DNA from: the human T2T-CHM13v2.0 reference genome, Homo sapiens
Direction: 5' to 3' (one strand)
Length of the DNA: 64,000 nt
Assembly: GCF_009914755.1 (NCBI RefSeq)
Contig: NC_060938.1
Made by a program: the position numbers and the translations under genes. Below are positions 42,556-55,195 of this stretch, one piece after another. Positions within the stretch are counted from its first letter, which is position 1, and every line of letters starts with the position of its first letter. The notes beneath the pieces are model-generated. The model searched no databases. It had not been told where the DNA came from and saw only the letters and a program-made list of their open reading frames with translations.

Positions 42556-42587
42556 TGCTGTCATTTCTATATTCTCTAGGTGGCAGC
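42556..42587 (+). promoter_or_regulatory. Candidate CTCF site with upstream motif
   Basis: Core TCTCTAGGTGGCAGC (42573) and TGCTGT starting 17 bp upstream. Confidence 0.4.
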
Positions 42588-43102
42588 TTAGCTCTACCTT
42601 TTAAGCATCTCCCTTTAGTGTTTTTCTCACTGGCATTTCATTTAAAAACTGCTAACATAATGCACAACAACATGTAAAATGAATACAGCCAAACGTTATC
42701 TGCCTGCCTTTAATGTCTTGACAAGGTTTTTCATGTAGCTTTGCCACACTGCTGATTTTAATGGAGGAATTCAGAGATAGCAGCACTGAAAAAGTACTCT
42801 TATTTACCATTTTTCTCATATGAAGGTCAATAACTGGGTCTTTTATGATTAAGCTTCAGTTATAAAGCATCCACATTGTTCTAGAGTTTGTACTTTTTCT
42901 GCACGTAGTGTTGAGCCAATTGTCTTGCTATTTAGTCACATTTGAGATGTGTTTATTTCCTTCTCTCCATTACAGTTTCATGAACAGCTGGGTTTGAATG
43001 TCACGATATCCTCATTCTGTTCAGTTAGAGTGCAAATACCTTCCTGAAAATTATGAAAATATAGCTTAACTCTAGAATAAGAAATTACACTCTCTCGTAG
43101 AG

Positions 43103-43325
43103 GAAAATCTCAACTGGGAGTGATGTTTGCTCCTCAGGGAATATTTGGCAATGTCTAAAGATGTTTTTGATTGTTGAACTAGTGGGAGGGAAGTGCTGCT
43201 ACTAGTATCTCAGTGAATAGCAGCCAGGGATGCTGATAAACATCCTAAAATGCAGAGGATGGTCCCCTACAACAAAGACTTAATCTAGCCCAAAACATTA
43301 ATAGTGCAGAGGTTGAGAAATCCTG
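43103..43325 (+). mobile_element. MER20 hAT MITE
   Basis: CTCAACTGGGAGTGA..CAGGGAATATTTGGCAATGTCT..GCCAGGGATGCTG..GAGGTTGAGAAATCCTG; TSD TCGTAGAG/TTGTAGAG. Confidence 0.88.
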
Positions 43326-44061
43326 TTGTAGAGAACAGAGCCATAGTGGTAGTAATATTAAAATCAGTACAAGTTTTAATAATCAACACAATAACTCCAT
43401 ATAAGTAGTTTACTGAAGTTCATAAACATTATAAACATCCTTTAGAAAAATATCTTTTTTGATTAATTTGATAATAAGCTTTTCATGAAACTATTCTTGT
43501 TCCCTGTCGTCCTACCCATTTTCCTCAAATGGTTAAAAATAAACTGTGCCCTTGTATTTCATTTTCTTAATTAAAAATATTGCTCAGCTATTATTTTGCA
43601 TATCTAAAACTCAGGAAATCTCTTTATGAGAAAACTGTGTTTACTGAGTACAGAGAGTTAGTTTGCACATCTGTCAAGATCTATATGCAATTTTCTTTCC
43701 TTTCTATTTTGTAAGTCAATTTTATTAAAATGGGTTTGAGATGTCTCAAGTTTATCAAACCTATTGACTGTGGAATATATTAATTAAAACTATTGAAAAT
43801 CGAGGTCTGAGTATACTGAAGTTCCCAAAGAATTTAGTGTAAAGGAAGCTACTTAATTTGTCATTGCCAAGATGCTGCGAAATAATGACAAACTTGTTTA
43901 GCATCCTGAAACTGCTACTGGTACAATTTATCATGTTTTGCCTGAAGATCCATTGTGTGACATAATTAAGAATACATACTATATATGGATTCATCAGGTA
44001 TTCTGTCATCTAATACTCTGATATGGTAAGATGTTTTGGCTACTTTATGTTCTCCTTAGAC

Positions 44062-44226
44062 TAGTGATTTTTCAAATTACATCTTATTATAAATCCCCAT
44101 ATATAAAATGGATTAAATCTGAGCTACTTTTCCTGTGAGGAAGGAACCTGTCTTGCCTCGTGGAGCAGCCCCAAGGCACCATTGCAGAAGCTCAGCTTTC
44201 TATTGAAAATAGTTCCAAAACCACTG
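44062..44226. mobile_element. Old hAT-Charlie MITE, family uncertain
   Basis: TIR-like TAGTGATTTTTCAAA ... CAAAACCACTG ends. Confidence 0.4.
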
Positions 44227-44319
44227 TCCTAAAGCATTAATATGCTAAGCTTGCTTTAATCACTAGTTTTATGATATCTGAGTGTCTATCTTAGGGAAAA
44301 AAAAGACAAAACTCTCTCT

Positions 44320-45965
44320 TGAGTCCAATTCTCCTCTAACCACTATCCCCTTTCATTGTTCCTTTTCCAAGCATAATATTTCAACATGTTTTCTATATAC
44401 CTTTCTTCTACTTTCTCATTTTTGATCCACTTCTAAAACTAATTAATTTTCTTCTAGTTCTATTATTTCATGGAGGCTGCTTTTGTCAAGATTACCAGCC
44501 ATGTCCTTGGTGCTATAACTGATGGTTGCTTTACTCTCTTCTTGCTCCACTTCTTAAAAAGTACTGATGAAGCTGACCCATCTTTCCTTCTTGAAACATT
44601 CTCCTATTTCTACCTTTTCCCAATTAGCTTCTTCTTGGTCTTTCCCACCTTTAACTGTTGGACTTCTTCAGGACTAGGTCTTGAGCTCAGCTGTCTCTCT
44701 CTCAACTCTCTTCTAGGTTGTCTTATTCATTTCTGTGACTTTAAATATCATCCATATGTTGATAACTACCATATTTTACATTTTCAGGCCAGTTCTTTCT
44801 TTTGAGTCCCAGATCTGCACACCCAAGTGCCTACTTGAAACCTCCTCCTGGATGTTTCCTGGTTCTCATCTGGCCTCTCCCATCTCAGTGAATAGTACTG
44901 CCATCAGAGAGTTGCTTCGATGAGTAACCCAGCAGCCATTCTTTATTCCCCATCTTCTTTCATCATCCACATCCACATCTGCCATCAGAAATTCCTATCT
45001 GTACTTTCTTCTTTTTTTTTTTTTAGCATGCTACTTTATTTTTTATTTATTTATTTAATTTTATTTTTTATATATGCCGTGGAATACTATGCAGCCATAA
45101 AAAAGATGAGTTCATGTCCTTTGTAGGGACATGGATGAAGCTGGAAACCATCATTCTCAGCAAACTATTGCAAGGACAAAAAACCAAACACCGCATGTTC
45201 TCACTCATAGGTAGGAATTGAACAATGAGAACACTTGGACACAGGAGGGGGAACATCACACACCAGGGCCTGTTGTGGGGTGCGGGGAGCGGGGAGGGAT
45301 AGCATTAGGAGATATTCCTGTCTGTACTTTCTTCAGTCATATGCTTCAAATATTTCCACACATCTCTATTTCTACTGTGGCTATGTTTAGCTACGTCTCC
45401 ATCATCTCTCAATTAAGAGCCTACTAACTCATCCTTCTGTTTTCACCCTTGTCCTTCTTTCATTCATTCTCCACGAGGCCACTGGTGTGGTTTTTAAATA
45501 GTAAATTGATTATATATCTTCCCTGCCTACAATTCTCACATGAATTCCTATTGCATTTAGAATAAAATTCAAATTCCGTACTGTGGTTTGGACCCTGTCT
45601 GATTCTTTAGTTTCAGTTTCTGCCACTGTAACTTCCCTCCCGTGAATCTTTTACATGTATTGATTTGGAGAATCTAAGAGAGGCCAAGTTCTTTTCACAT
45701 CAGGATCTTTCTACCCTTGATTTTCCCTCCCCAGCTCTTTGCATGCCTACTTCCTTTTAACCCTTTAGGTCTTAGCTTAAAAATCCTGACCCTAGTCTAT
45801 AAGGATTCACTTCTGGACTATTTTGTATCTCATCTACTTACTTGTTCATTTGTTCATTGCCTGACTCACTAGAATTTCGGCTTTATGAGGACAGGGATCT
45901 GGTCTCTCTTCCTGGCCTAGAAGCTGGTAGCCACTCAGCACACATTTGATGGATGCATCAACAAA
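44320..45965 (+). mobile_element. Long L2 fragment split by an L1 insertion
   Basis: ORF 44470-44805 resembles L2 RT (EAAFVKIT..FLLETF..KYHPYVDN); L2 3' end near 45870-45960. Confidence 0.75.
45012..45313 (-). mobile_element. L1PA4-like insertion with 5' inversion (L1 segment 45070-45313 reads plus) and short 3' transduction
   Basis: 21-bp TSD ATTCCT(A/G)TCTGTACTTTCTTC at 44991 and 45314; T-tracts at the left end but L1 3' sequence in plus orientation. Confidence 0.85.
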
Positions 45966-46470
45966 TTAGTGTAGTAAATAATCAGAATGTGTAGGATGGG
46001 CCAAGATAATAGACAGGCATAGGTATGCTTACCCTGTGCTTCTTGGTCTTATAAAGGAGGAAATTACTAAGTAGGAAGAGATGATATTTGGTGTCTAGAA
46101 TTTCAGGATTAATATGAAAAATAGAATCAAACATGGATTTGGCATCTATAAAACAGAATGAGAGTATAGGTGGAAGTTAAATTTGGAATAAACAATGGAA
46201 TTGTAGGTGCATGAGCTTTGACTCACTGAAGATGTTTAACTGGAGTATGGAAGCCAACCTGTACAGAATGTGGTGGTGAGATGTCCTATTTTAGATTGGA
46301 ACTTGGTCCAGAGACATCTAAGGGCCCTTCCCTCTTTGAGATGCTGGGATTTTTATGATTATGGAAGATTTCTTATCTGTATTTCCCAGTATTAATATGT
46401 TATTATGATTCTGTGGGTTGTTCCTCTTTCAAGTCAGACCTTATTGGGTATCCTCTTAAGATCTTTCAAC

Positions 46471-46474
<4 letters not shown>

Positions 46475-46503
<29 letters not shown>
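46475..46503. repeat. (TG)14 microsatellite
   Basis: Uninterrupted TG run. Confidence 0.97.
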
Positions 46504-46505
<2 letters not shown>

Positions 46506-47640
46506 CTGTTTGTGTATTCAAATCAATGTGTGCTTTAGACATTATGTTCAGAGCCTTTACATAAACTTATATAAGATGGAATTGATAGGGACACATCTTC
46601 GCTTATTGCATATCTTTAAAAGTTACCATGATGCATGACTGGAGCTAGAAAAGGAGGTCAATTCCAAAGCAACTCCATATATTACATTTTAAACTTTATT
46701 TTAACAGCATCATATATGTGCCATAATAGCCTTTAATATTTACTCTGGAATTATTATCTTCAGTCATCAGCTAATGTGTTTGATGGGAGAAATACAGAGA
46801 AATGATGCCTAGAACTCCCCAAAGATGAATTGACTGACTTCTGGAGATCATAAAAATCTTAGGCAAGGTCTTTTCATTGACTACAGCATTAATACAGGTT
46901 CAAAGTCCATATTCAGCTGAAGAAAATCCACATTTCCAAAATAGTTTACATTTTCTCATCAGTAACAATTCACAAAAGATTTTCATTATGTTCTGTGACA
47001 GAATGTGACTCTACAAAGTACAAGAAAACCTACATTTAATGATTCAGCATTAGAAGTCTGTGTGGTTTCTTTGTTGAAGTCATTTTCAGAAGGCATAGAT
47101 TATATAACACGTCTTCTTTTAAATCATATAAACTTACATGCTAATTTGGATGTTATTGATGTCATTTGCCCACACTTTCAGTGTTATTCTGGCCATTTAA
47201 AAATTCTGGACTTTTTTTTTAAACGCAATGCCTCAGATATTTTCCTTTATTTTGATTTCTGATTTTCTTTGTAACATACTTCCAGTTTTACTTCCTAAGT
47301 ACCCTTTGCTTTCTTAGTTGTCCAAGAATAATATATCAACAAACATTTGCTGAAGCCTGCCATGTGAAGGATATTGTATCTACCATATCTTTCACTTTAC
47401 TTCTTTACCCTGTAGAATTTGGCCTTAGTATTATAGTCTGCGCTCCCTTTAATTGTTATTATTTTTATTATGGATGGAAATTTGTTTGATGCTCATAAGT
47501 TCTTTTGTTTTTGCCCTCTTCCAACTATTTCCTAAACTTCTTGTCTTTATCATCTTTACTTTATTCTATGGCATTTGAATTTATCCCTCATTGCTTCTTA
47601 AAGACCCTTCTCATTCATAGTTTCTAATGTGAAGTGCCAT

Positions 47641-48980
47641 ATTCTATGTTTCCTATTGCTAGTATAACACATTACCATAGCTTAGTGTCAAAAACAGCAC
47701 AAATTTACCAAATTGCAGTTCTGGAGGTCAGGAGTCCAGATGAATTTTAGTGAACTAAAATTAAGGTGTTGGCAGGGCTGTGTTCCTTTCTGGAAGCACT
47801 AAGAATTTGTTTCTTTACTTTTTGTAGCTTCTATAAGCCATCTGCATCCCTTGGCTCCTGGCCCCCTTTCTCCATTTTTAACTCCAGCAACTGTGAGAAG
47901 TATCTATTCATGTCCTTTGCCCATACATGTCGCCAATAAATACATGAAATAAAGCACAACATCATAAAACATCAGAAAAATGCAAATCAAAACTATAGTG
48001 AGATTCCATCTCACATCAGTCAGAATGGCTACTATTGAAAAGTCAAAAAACAAGAGATGCTGGTAAAGCTTTGGAGAAAAGAGATGCTTATACACTGTTG
48101 GTAGGAATGTGGATTAGTTCAGCCATTATGGAAAGCAGTTTGTGGATTTCAAAGAACTTAAAACAGAATTACTATTCAACCAAAAAATTCTATTACTGGG
48201 TATATACCAAAGGAAAATAGATTATTCTACCAAAAGAAACGTGCACTTGTATGTTTGTCACAGCACTATTCACAGTAGCAGAGACATGACATCAACCTAG
48301 ATGCCCATCAATGGTAGACAGGATAAAGAAAATGTGGTACATATACACCATGGAACACTATACAGCCATAAAAAAGAATAAAATTATACCCTTGCAGTGA
48401 CATGGAAACAGCTGGGGCCATTATCCCAAGTGAATTAACGCAAAAACAGAAAACCACATACTGCATGTTCTCTCTTATAAGTGGAAACTAAACATTGGGT
48501 ACACATGCTTATAAAGATGGGAACAATAGAGACAGGGGATTACTATTGGGGTTGGGGCAAGGGTTGAAACACTACCTATTGGTAACTATGCTCACTACCT
48601 GGGTGACAGGATCATTCATACACAAAGTCTCAATCACATGTAATTTGCCGTGTAACAAATCTGCACATTTATCTCTTGAGCCTAAAATAAAAGTTGAGGA
48701 AAAAACAAAAACAAAAATAAAACTACCAACTGTGGGCCACGTCTTTATCATATTAAGTCACTCCATAGTGATTCCTCTTCTGCCTCCCTCTTGTACATTT
48801 AAGAACTCTTGTGGTTACATTGACCCTAGGCAATCCAAGATAATCTCCCTAAAGTCAGCTGATTAGCAACCTTAATTGCATCTTCCATTTTAATTACCCT
48901 TTGCCAAATAACAGGCAACGTAGTCACAGCTTCTGGCGATTACCACAGGACATCTTTGGGGGATCATTATTCTGCCTCGC
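47641..48980 (-). mobile_element. MaLR LTR (MLT1C-like), split by L1
   Basis: TTTCCTATTGCT..CAGTTCTGGAGGTCAGGAGTCC..AAGGTGTTGGCAGGGCTG; resumes at 48735 with ATCCAAGATAATCTCCC..GCTGATTAGCAACCTTAAT..GGACATCTTTGGGGG. Confidence 0.82.
47896..48726 (+). mobile_element. 5'-truncated L1PA15/16-like element with a 28-bp 5' inversion
   Basis: ORF2 C-terminal relics, 3'UTR GGGTTGAAACACTACCTATTGG..CCTAAAATAAAAGTTG, A-tail; CAACTGTG duplicated at 47888 and 48727. Confidence 0.85.
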
Positions 48981-51444
48981 ATCTTTGGGGGAATCATCTC
49001 TTCTATAACCAAGCCACTCCCCACTCAACTGGAGGAGGCTTTTCCACTTGGGCTGCTTCTGTGGCCTCCACATTCTTCTTCATCTGCCTAATCTCTGCTG
49101 ACTGAATAATTATATAAAATATAACTGTGCCTTTGCTTTTTGTATATAAAGCATATTTAAAACAATTAAATATCTTCAATATCTGAGTAACAAATATTAG
49201 GAACAAAACAGGTAAAGATTGCTGACTACCTTTTCTCCCTGTATTTAAATTATTTATATTAGATTTGTTTTCTTTCTTTTTGCTTTGTTATGTATAACTA
49301 TTTTTATTCCACTAGAGACACAGAGCAATATAAAAAACCAGAGTCACTATAAGAAAACCTTTTAGTTATTAATGGTTTTATTTTTGTTCACCACACATTT
49401 TATACCATTTTTGTGATTTACTATGAATTGTACATGTGATTTAGATTTGCTGCTTTCTCATTTAGTTTTGATATAAACCTGTATAGTTATATTTCTGCCA
49501 GAGTCTTTCTGTGTTTTAAAGTATGTGTCTTGTTTTATTTTCTGGTTATATATAAACTAGACATTTAATCCTTTTTGAGAAAGAAGGTTTTGGTCTGAAA
49601 GCATACAGGTGGTCTTAAATTAAAGGAAATTAAAACTGTGTAGTTGCTGTAGTCTCGGTCCAATTTCTAGCATTTAAGGTGTTTCTGTAGGTAATAAGCT
49701 GGTTACTCATATGCTATTTGTTTATGTTTACCTGACTTCTCTTAAACACCAAGGAGATAAATGTCGTAGACCTAACCATATCCATATTTTGATATTTAGG
49801 ATGTTCTTTCTCTATGTAAGGAGAACAGTACCTTTTCTGACTACTCTGAAATGAATCAAGAACAAATCTGTGTGGAATTTTGGACCATAATCAGGAACAA
49901 GAATCTCGGGAATCCTTGGAAATAAAGTAATTTTCTTACAATTTAAACTTACTTTCTGTCAGAGGACAGCTATTCATGTATTTCTGGACTATTTCAATTC
50001 ATTGAGCTTTACCTGCTCAGGATAAAGAGGTCCTTTGATAAAATCAATGAAGCCAAGCAGAACACTGCAGTTTCTGAGTTCAGTACCAGTTAAGTATTTC
50101 CCTATTATAAGGGATCCCTATTGTTGGAAAATAGCTTTTCTATTCACAGAAATGATGAGAAAATGACATCTTGCTTTTTGCAGTAATATGAATACTTACT
50201 TTTGAGATCTAGTAAATTAACATTGCTGACTCTTCAGACTGGCCCCTTGAATTAGGGTCAAATCAAGGAAATGAAATGCATATATGCACATTCTGAGAGT
50301 AAACAGACAAGTAGTCATGCCATTGCTCTCTTCTCTGTGCACAGCACAGGCTTAGGGCTTTGCATAAATCAAATCAAAATATTTGTGTTTTTGCATGGAT
50401 TTTAACATTTGTGTTTTAAATCTATTTTCTGAGTAGATTTTATGAACCTAATGAAAAAATTGAAAGCAATTCCTCCAGCATAACTTCTGAGTGATACTAC
50501 TGTACAGGTAACCCTGTATGAAAGGGAAAGAGTTTGATACAATGGACACTGGGAGGCTTTACCTGGAAGTGCCCAAAAGATACCATTAGTTGGTAATTTG
50601 TAACTGGCTCATATGTTAAACATTGTAGGGTTGAGAGTCTAGATGACATGTGAACAACAAAATCTCCATTTTTAGTGCTGATACTTTTATGTCATTCAGA
50701 CAAGAGCTGGTAGGTTTAGACATTTATCCTGAAATAATGAGAAGTTTTTCATTTCTGAATTAGTTAGAAAGTTGGCACTAAAACTGCCCCAAGGCACGGT
50801 CTGTGAATCTAAGTGTATCCACACCAAGCCATCTTTCATTTAAGTCTGTTTAATAAATCATCTTCTTAACTGGTGCTGGGGGCATAAAGTTCATGCCTCT
50901 GGCACAACAGAAAAGAAGAAAAAGATCAGGAGCATAGAAGTTTTAAGAAATGTAATATTTTCAGCTTGGGTTTTCTGACATACAAGGAAAAATGCTATTT
51001 AAAAATTATTCCTACTTGGATAAAAGCAGCTGCTCCTAGTTCTATATAATAAAATTTGGAAAGCTGAAGAGATGGGCCAGCTTTTCTCCAGGGTTCAGTG
51101 GGCTTCATGGGGCAAGCATTAGACTAGACTAGAGCAACACTGCTTCATGAAGGCAGAGCTAAGTGACCATTGATCATTGAATGAATTAATAAAATAATGA
51201 AAATTTCAGTTCCTTTTGACTCAGTTCTCAGCTAAGTTATTTTGCTATGTATAAGGAAGTAGTTTTTGATATCATTGTTAGAGAGATGGGGCATGGAATT
51301 TTTTCCCCATCAAGCTTATGGATTATTTTTTGCCAACAATTTCATATGAACTTGATGAAAACTTTATATTTGGTCACTAAACAGGTTTATAAGCCACTCA
51401 TAGAAGGAATGTGATTTATTTTGGGGGCAAAATTTTGGTAGCTT

Positions 51445-52380
51445 CACGTATTTATTCGGTAAGTACGTGTTTATTGGATACCTACTCTGCACCAGGCAGT
51501 GGCTAGTACCCTAGACACTGACAATACAAAAGTGAATAGACACACACATATGTCCCTCTGCTCTTGGGTATTCAGACATGTAAACAGTTAAAACTCAATG
51601 TAGAGTAAATGCTATAATGGACTACAAACAATGCGTCACAGAAGTATGTAAGATAAGGATCAAACCCAAACTTGAGGGATTAGAAAAAGCTTTCTAGAGG
51701 AAATTACATCTCAGCTGAAACCTTAATGCTAAATAGGAGGGAGCTAGAAGAAGGAGGCAGAAAGAGTGTTTGAGGCAGGAGAGCCTGGTGAGACTTGGGA
51801 TGAAAACACTTCATAAGCAGAGTATGGAGTGGGGAGAGCGGAAGCTGCCATGATGAGCAGAGGCCAAGTTCAGAAGGGCCTTGAAAGCCATGCCAATGAA
51901 TTTAGGATTTGTCCTTAGAGCTTGATTGAAATAGTAATCTAGTAAGTGAATAATAAGGCCTAGGGTTATAGGAAGTCATTGATAACTTTTTAAAAATGGA
52001 GCTATTTAGTCAGACATGTTTTAGAATACTTTCTCTGGTTGTAGTATGGAGAGCAGGTGGAGAGGACTCAAGACTAGAGACAGGCAGATTTTGGCAGCTG
52101 AGTGAGAGGCAACCATACCCTGCAGCAGAGAGATAGCCATGGGGATAGAGGGATGTGGGCTGACTCAGGAGATCATTATGAGAAAAAATGTCCAGATCTT
52201 GGTGTTTAGTTGGATATGAAGGGCATGAGAGAACAAGAAGTTCAGGGTGACTGCCAGGTTTCTGTCTTGTCTTAATGAATAGAAATGGTGCCACTCACTG
52301 AGGAAGGAGGACTAGGATGAGGTAGATATGTAAGTTCAATTTTAGGCATGTTAAGTTTTAGGTACCTGTGGGATAATCAA
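51445..52380 (-). mobile_element. L2 3' region
   Basis: TTTATTGGATACCTACTCTGCACCAGGCA, AGGGCCTTGAAAGCCATGCCAATGAATTTAGGA, GGTGCCACTCACTGAG, AGTTCAATTTTAGGCATGTTAAGTTT. Confidence 0.8.
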
Positions 52381-52869
52381 AAAAGCTTAGAAAGCTGTAG
52401 TGTAGAAATTTCTAAATCTCAACTTCCTCATATTCATTCTTCAAGCTGACCTGCATACAAACTCTGATGTCTACCAATTAGTCTTTCCTTTTTCACCTTT
52501 CACATTGCCCTTCTCCACTTTACAAAAGAAAAGTGTACTTCCCCCATCCTAAGTTGTATTTTGATGCATTGCTCCAGGGTGTAAAAACACTTGGGGCATC
52601 AAAAAGAGGGACAAATCTAGAATACCACTTTCTTGAGGGAAAGTCTCTTGAAAGTAAAATAAAAAAAAACTTCAGAGAGAAATATTTGAGGGGATCTTGT
52701 TTTATCCAGGAGACAAACTCAAGATAAGAATTTGTCTATCCATCCATGTCTTGTTTTATTCATCTATCCACCAGCTATCTACCCAACAATCAACCATCCA
52801 TTTAAAAATCAATTAACCTATCTTAGAATACAGAAGTATTCCACAGATGCATGACTGTATGAATTTTAA

Positions 52870-53030
52870 AATAAAATTGTACTGGTTCTGATGAAAAGTA
52901 ACCCTGATTTGGCTGATTAGTTTCACAATGTGGCCTGATTATCTGAAAGACGTGTTCTATAAATAGAATGAGCTAAATCTACAACTCCAAGACTTGGATA
53001 AAAATATATTTAATGTACATATATAATATA
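52870..53030 (+). mobile_element. hAT-Charlie/Buster transposase relic
   Basis: 52937-53020 translates DYLKDVFYK*NELNLQLQDLDKNIFNVH, resembling the Charlie/Buster motif LAYLxDIFxxLNELNLxLQG. Confidence 0.55.
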
Positions 53031-53189
53031 AGCCATAAATACATCCTTTGAAACTATTTCACTTTATGTGTTAAAAATTTTTAGATTTTGATTTCAAAAT
53101 ATGTGAGAAATAGTTTTCCAAAATCTTTTGAGAGCATGAGAACAAAAATGTTTGGACAAGTGCTTAGTCCATTGCTTCAGTTACCTCCC

Positions 53190-54005
53190 TATAAGTGTCC
53201 TATTTACCTTCTCTCATTATATTCCACTCATAACCAGCCAGAAAATACCTACCGTGCCTGCTATTTCCTTGGCTAAGCTGAAGTCTTGAGCATGGCTGGA
53301 GAAAAAAAAACCTCATATAATCATATTGGTGCCACTATGATGTCATTGCATTCAACTTGTACTGGGGTCCTCAATGCTATTTTGCAATTCATGTGTGTTT
53401 TTTAGCTTTCTTCTATTTCCCACAGCTTCCATCTGAAACATTTCACAAGCTCCTCAGACTTACAACTCCCACCACCTCCCACCGTAACTTCAGCCAGCCA
53501 ACATGCTGTCTGTTGCCAGCCCCGCCCCCACCCTGAAATATCTGTTCTTGGGATTCTATCCCCTCTTGCCTCCTCAGGAATCTTTTTTCTTTTAATTATT
53601 CACCCCCACCTCCATCCCTCTTACTTGATCTTCAAACTGTTCTTCCCATCTGCATTTAAATATACTCTGGTCTCACCCATTAAAACAAACAACATCAAAA
53701 AACCCAGAAAACACACAAAATATATACCTCTCCTTGGATCTCTTATCTATCTGGCACCATCTCATTGCACTGCTCTCCCCACATTCCAACTTCCCTAAAG
53801 TGGTGTGTACGTTCTGGCCCTCTTCCCCTTGCTCTTAATGATGCGGTTTCTGCCTTCACCACCCCATGAATGCTGCTCTCTCCAAGGTTACTGACCTATT
53901 CCTTACTGCTAAGTCCCTTCAACTTATGGCAGTGCAGCCTCTTCTGAGCATTCCCTTCTCAAACATTTTCTTCCCTCAGCTTCCTTGGCACCACCCACTT
54001 TCCTA
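53190..54005 (+). mobile_element. Degenerate L2 internal fragment
   Basis: CTGCCTTCACCACCCCATGAATGCTGCTCTCTCCAAGGTTACTGACC (TALxKVT region), CTTCCCTCAGCTTCCTTGGCACCAC. Confidence 0.55.
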
Positions 54006-54046
54006 TTTTTAAAATTTCTTCAAAGCACTTTATTATGTTTACAGAT

Positions 54047-54099
54047 AATGTATACATATATACATATATGTGTATATATGTATACATATACATACATAC
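54047..54099. repeat. TA/TACA-rich simple repeat
   Basis: TGTATACATATATACATATATGTGTATATATGTATACATATACATACATAC. Confidence 0.8.
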
Positions 54100-55039
54100 C
54101 AATATGAGGATGAAACTGGTTCCAAGAGCATTTAAGGAACAATGATATATATAGTACAGCAGGAAAGACATTAAAAGGATATTAGAATAGGATAGCTGGG
54201 TTGGATACAACATTGGTTAGTGGCCCACGGGACAACAGAACAGCCATCTTTAAGGTTATCTTTTTTACTTAACAAAAATCTACAATTTAACATATAATTC
54301 CATAGTGTCTAGTCTCTAATCAAATAGGAAATAGCAAAGTCAAACATGAGTAATCAGATAAATTGTCATGAAGTGGACTATTGAAATAATATACCAGTAG
54401 ACATCAAAAGGGCTTGCTCTACCCTTTTATCCTTATTTTCAAGTTTTATACTTTTTTTTTTAACACTGGCATTACCTAGTTACTGTACTTAGCATAGGAT
54501 AAATTATGTTTCATGCTTTTTGCAGATTCTAAGGCTTTCTAAAATTTGTTGATTTACATGTGTGTTATTATATACTCAATTAGCGCTCCTAAAGTTAGAC
54601 AGGGTTTCAGTAATGCCAATATTCTAAAAGCCAATAACCTAAAAATGCATAGGTTAAGAAAGACAAAGGAACATTTTTTGCTAAGGAAAGAAATCAGGAA
54701 TGGGGAAAAAACAGGAGCATATTGTGATACTTTTGCGGCAGTCTTATTAATCTCAGAAACGACTTCCCTATAACCAATTACCTGTACTGTGAATTCTGTA
54801 ATGCACCACATGAAATAATAGTAAACACTTATATTGTCAATTTTGTAAGATATTTTCTCAGAAATAGCCATGCTTATTATCTCAACAACCTTGTAGTTGG
54901 AGCAGACATATTATGCCTCTCATTTTAAGAATAGAGAGTGTGAATTAGGAAGTGCTTCAGCAACAGGGCCAAGACTGTAAATCAAAGGTGCTGTCTTGAC
55001 TCTAATCTATTGGATCTGACAGGCTGGAGATGGTTATAA

Positions 55040-55195
55040 AAGCAGCCCCCAGTTTCCAGACAAATTATGTTCCTAAGGATCATTTGTAGGTCAGTTGTTT
55101 TGAACTCGACACATTTTTCTATAGAAATTGTGTGATGAATGAAGGTTATGTCTCCAGTTCAGTCTGCCAAAGCCTTTAACCCACAATGTGTCCAT
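55040..55195 (+). mobile_element. TcMar-Tigger-like fragment
   Basis: TATGTTCC..TTTGTAGGTCAGTTGTTTTGAACTCG..CATTTTTCTATAGAAA..AAAGCCTTTAACCCACAATG. Confidence 0.5.
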
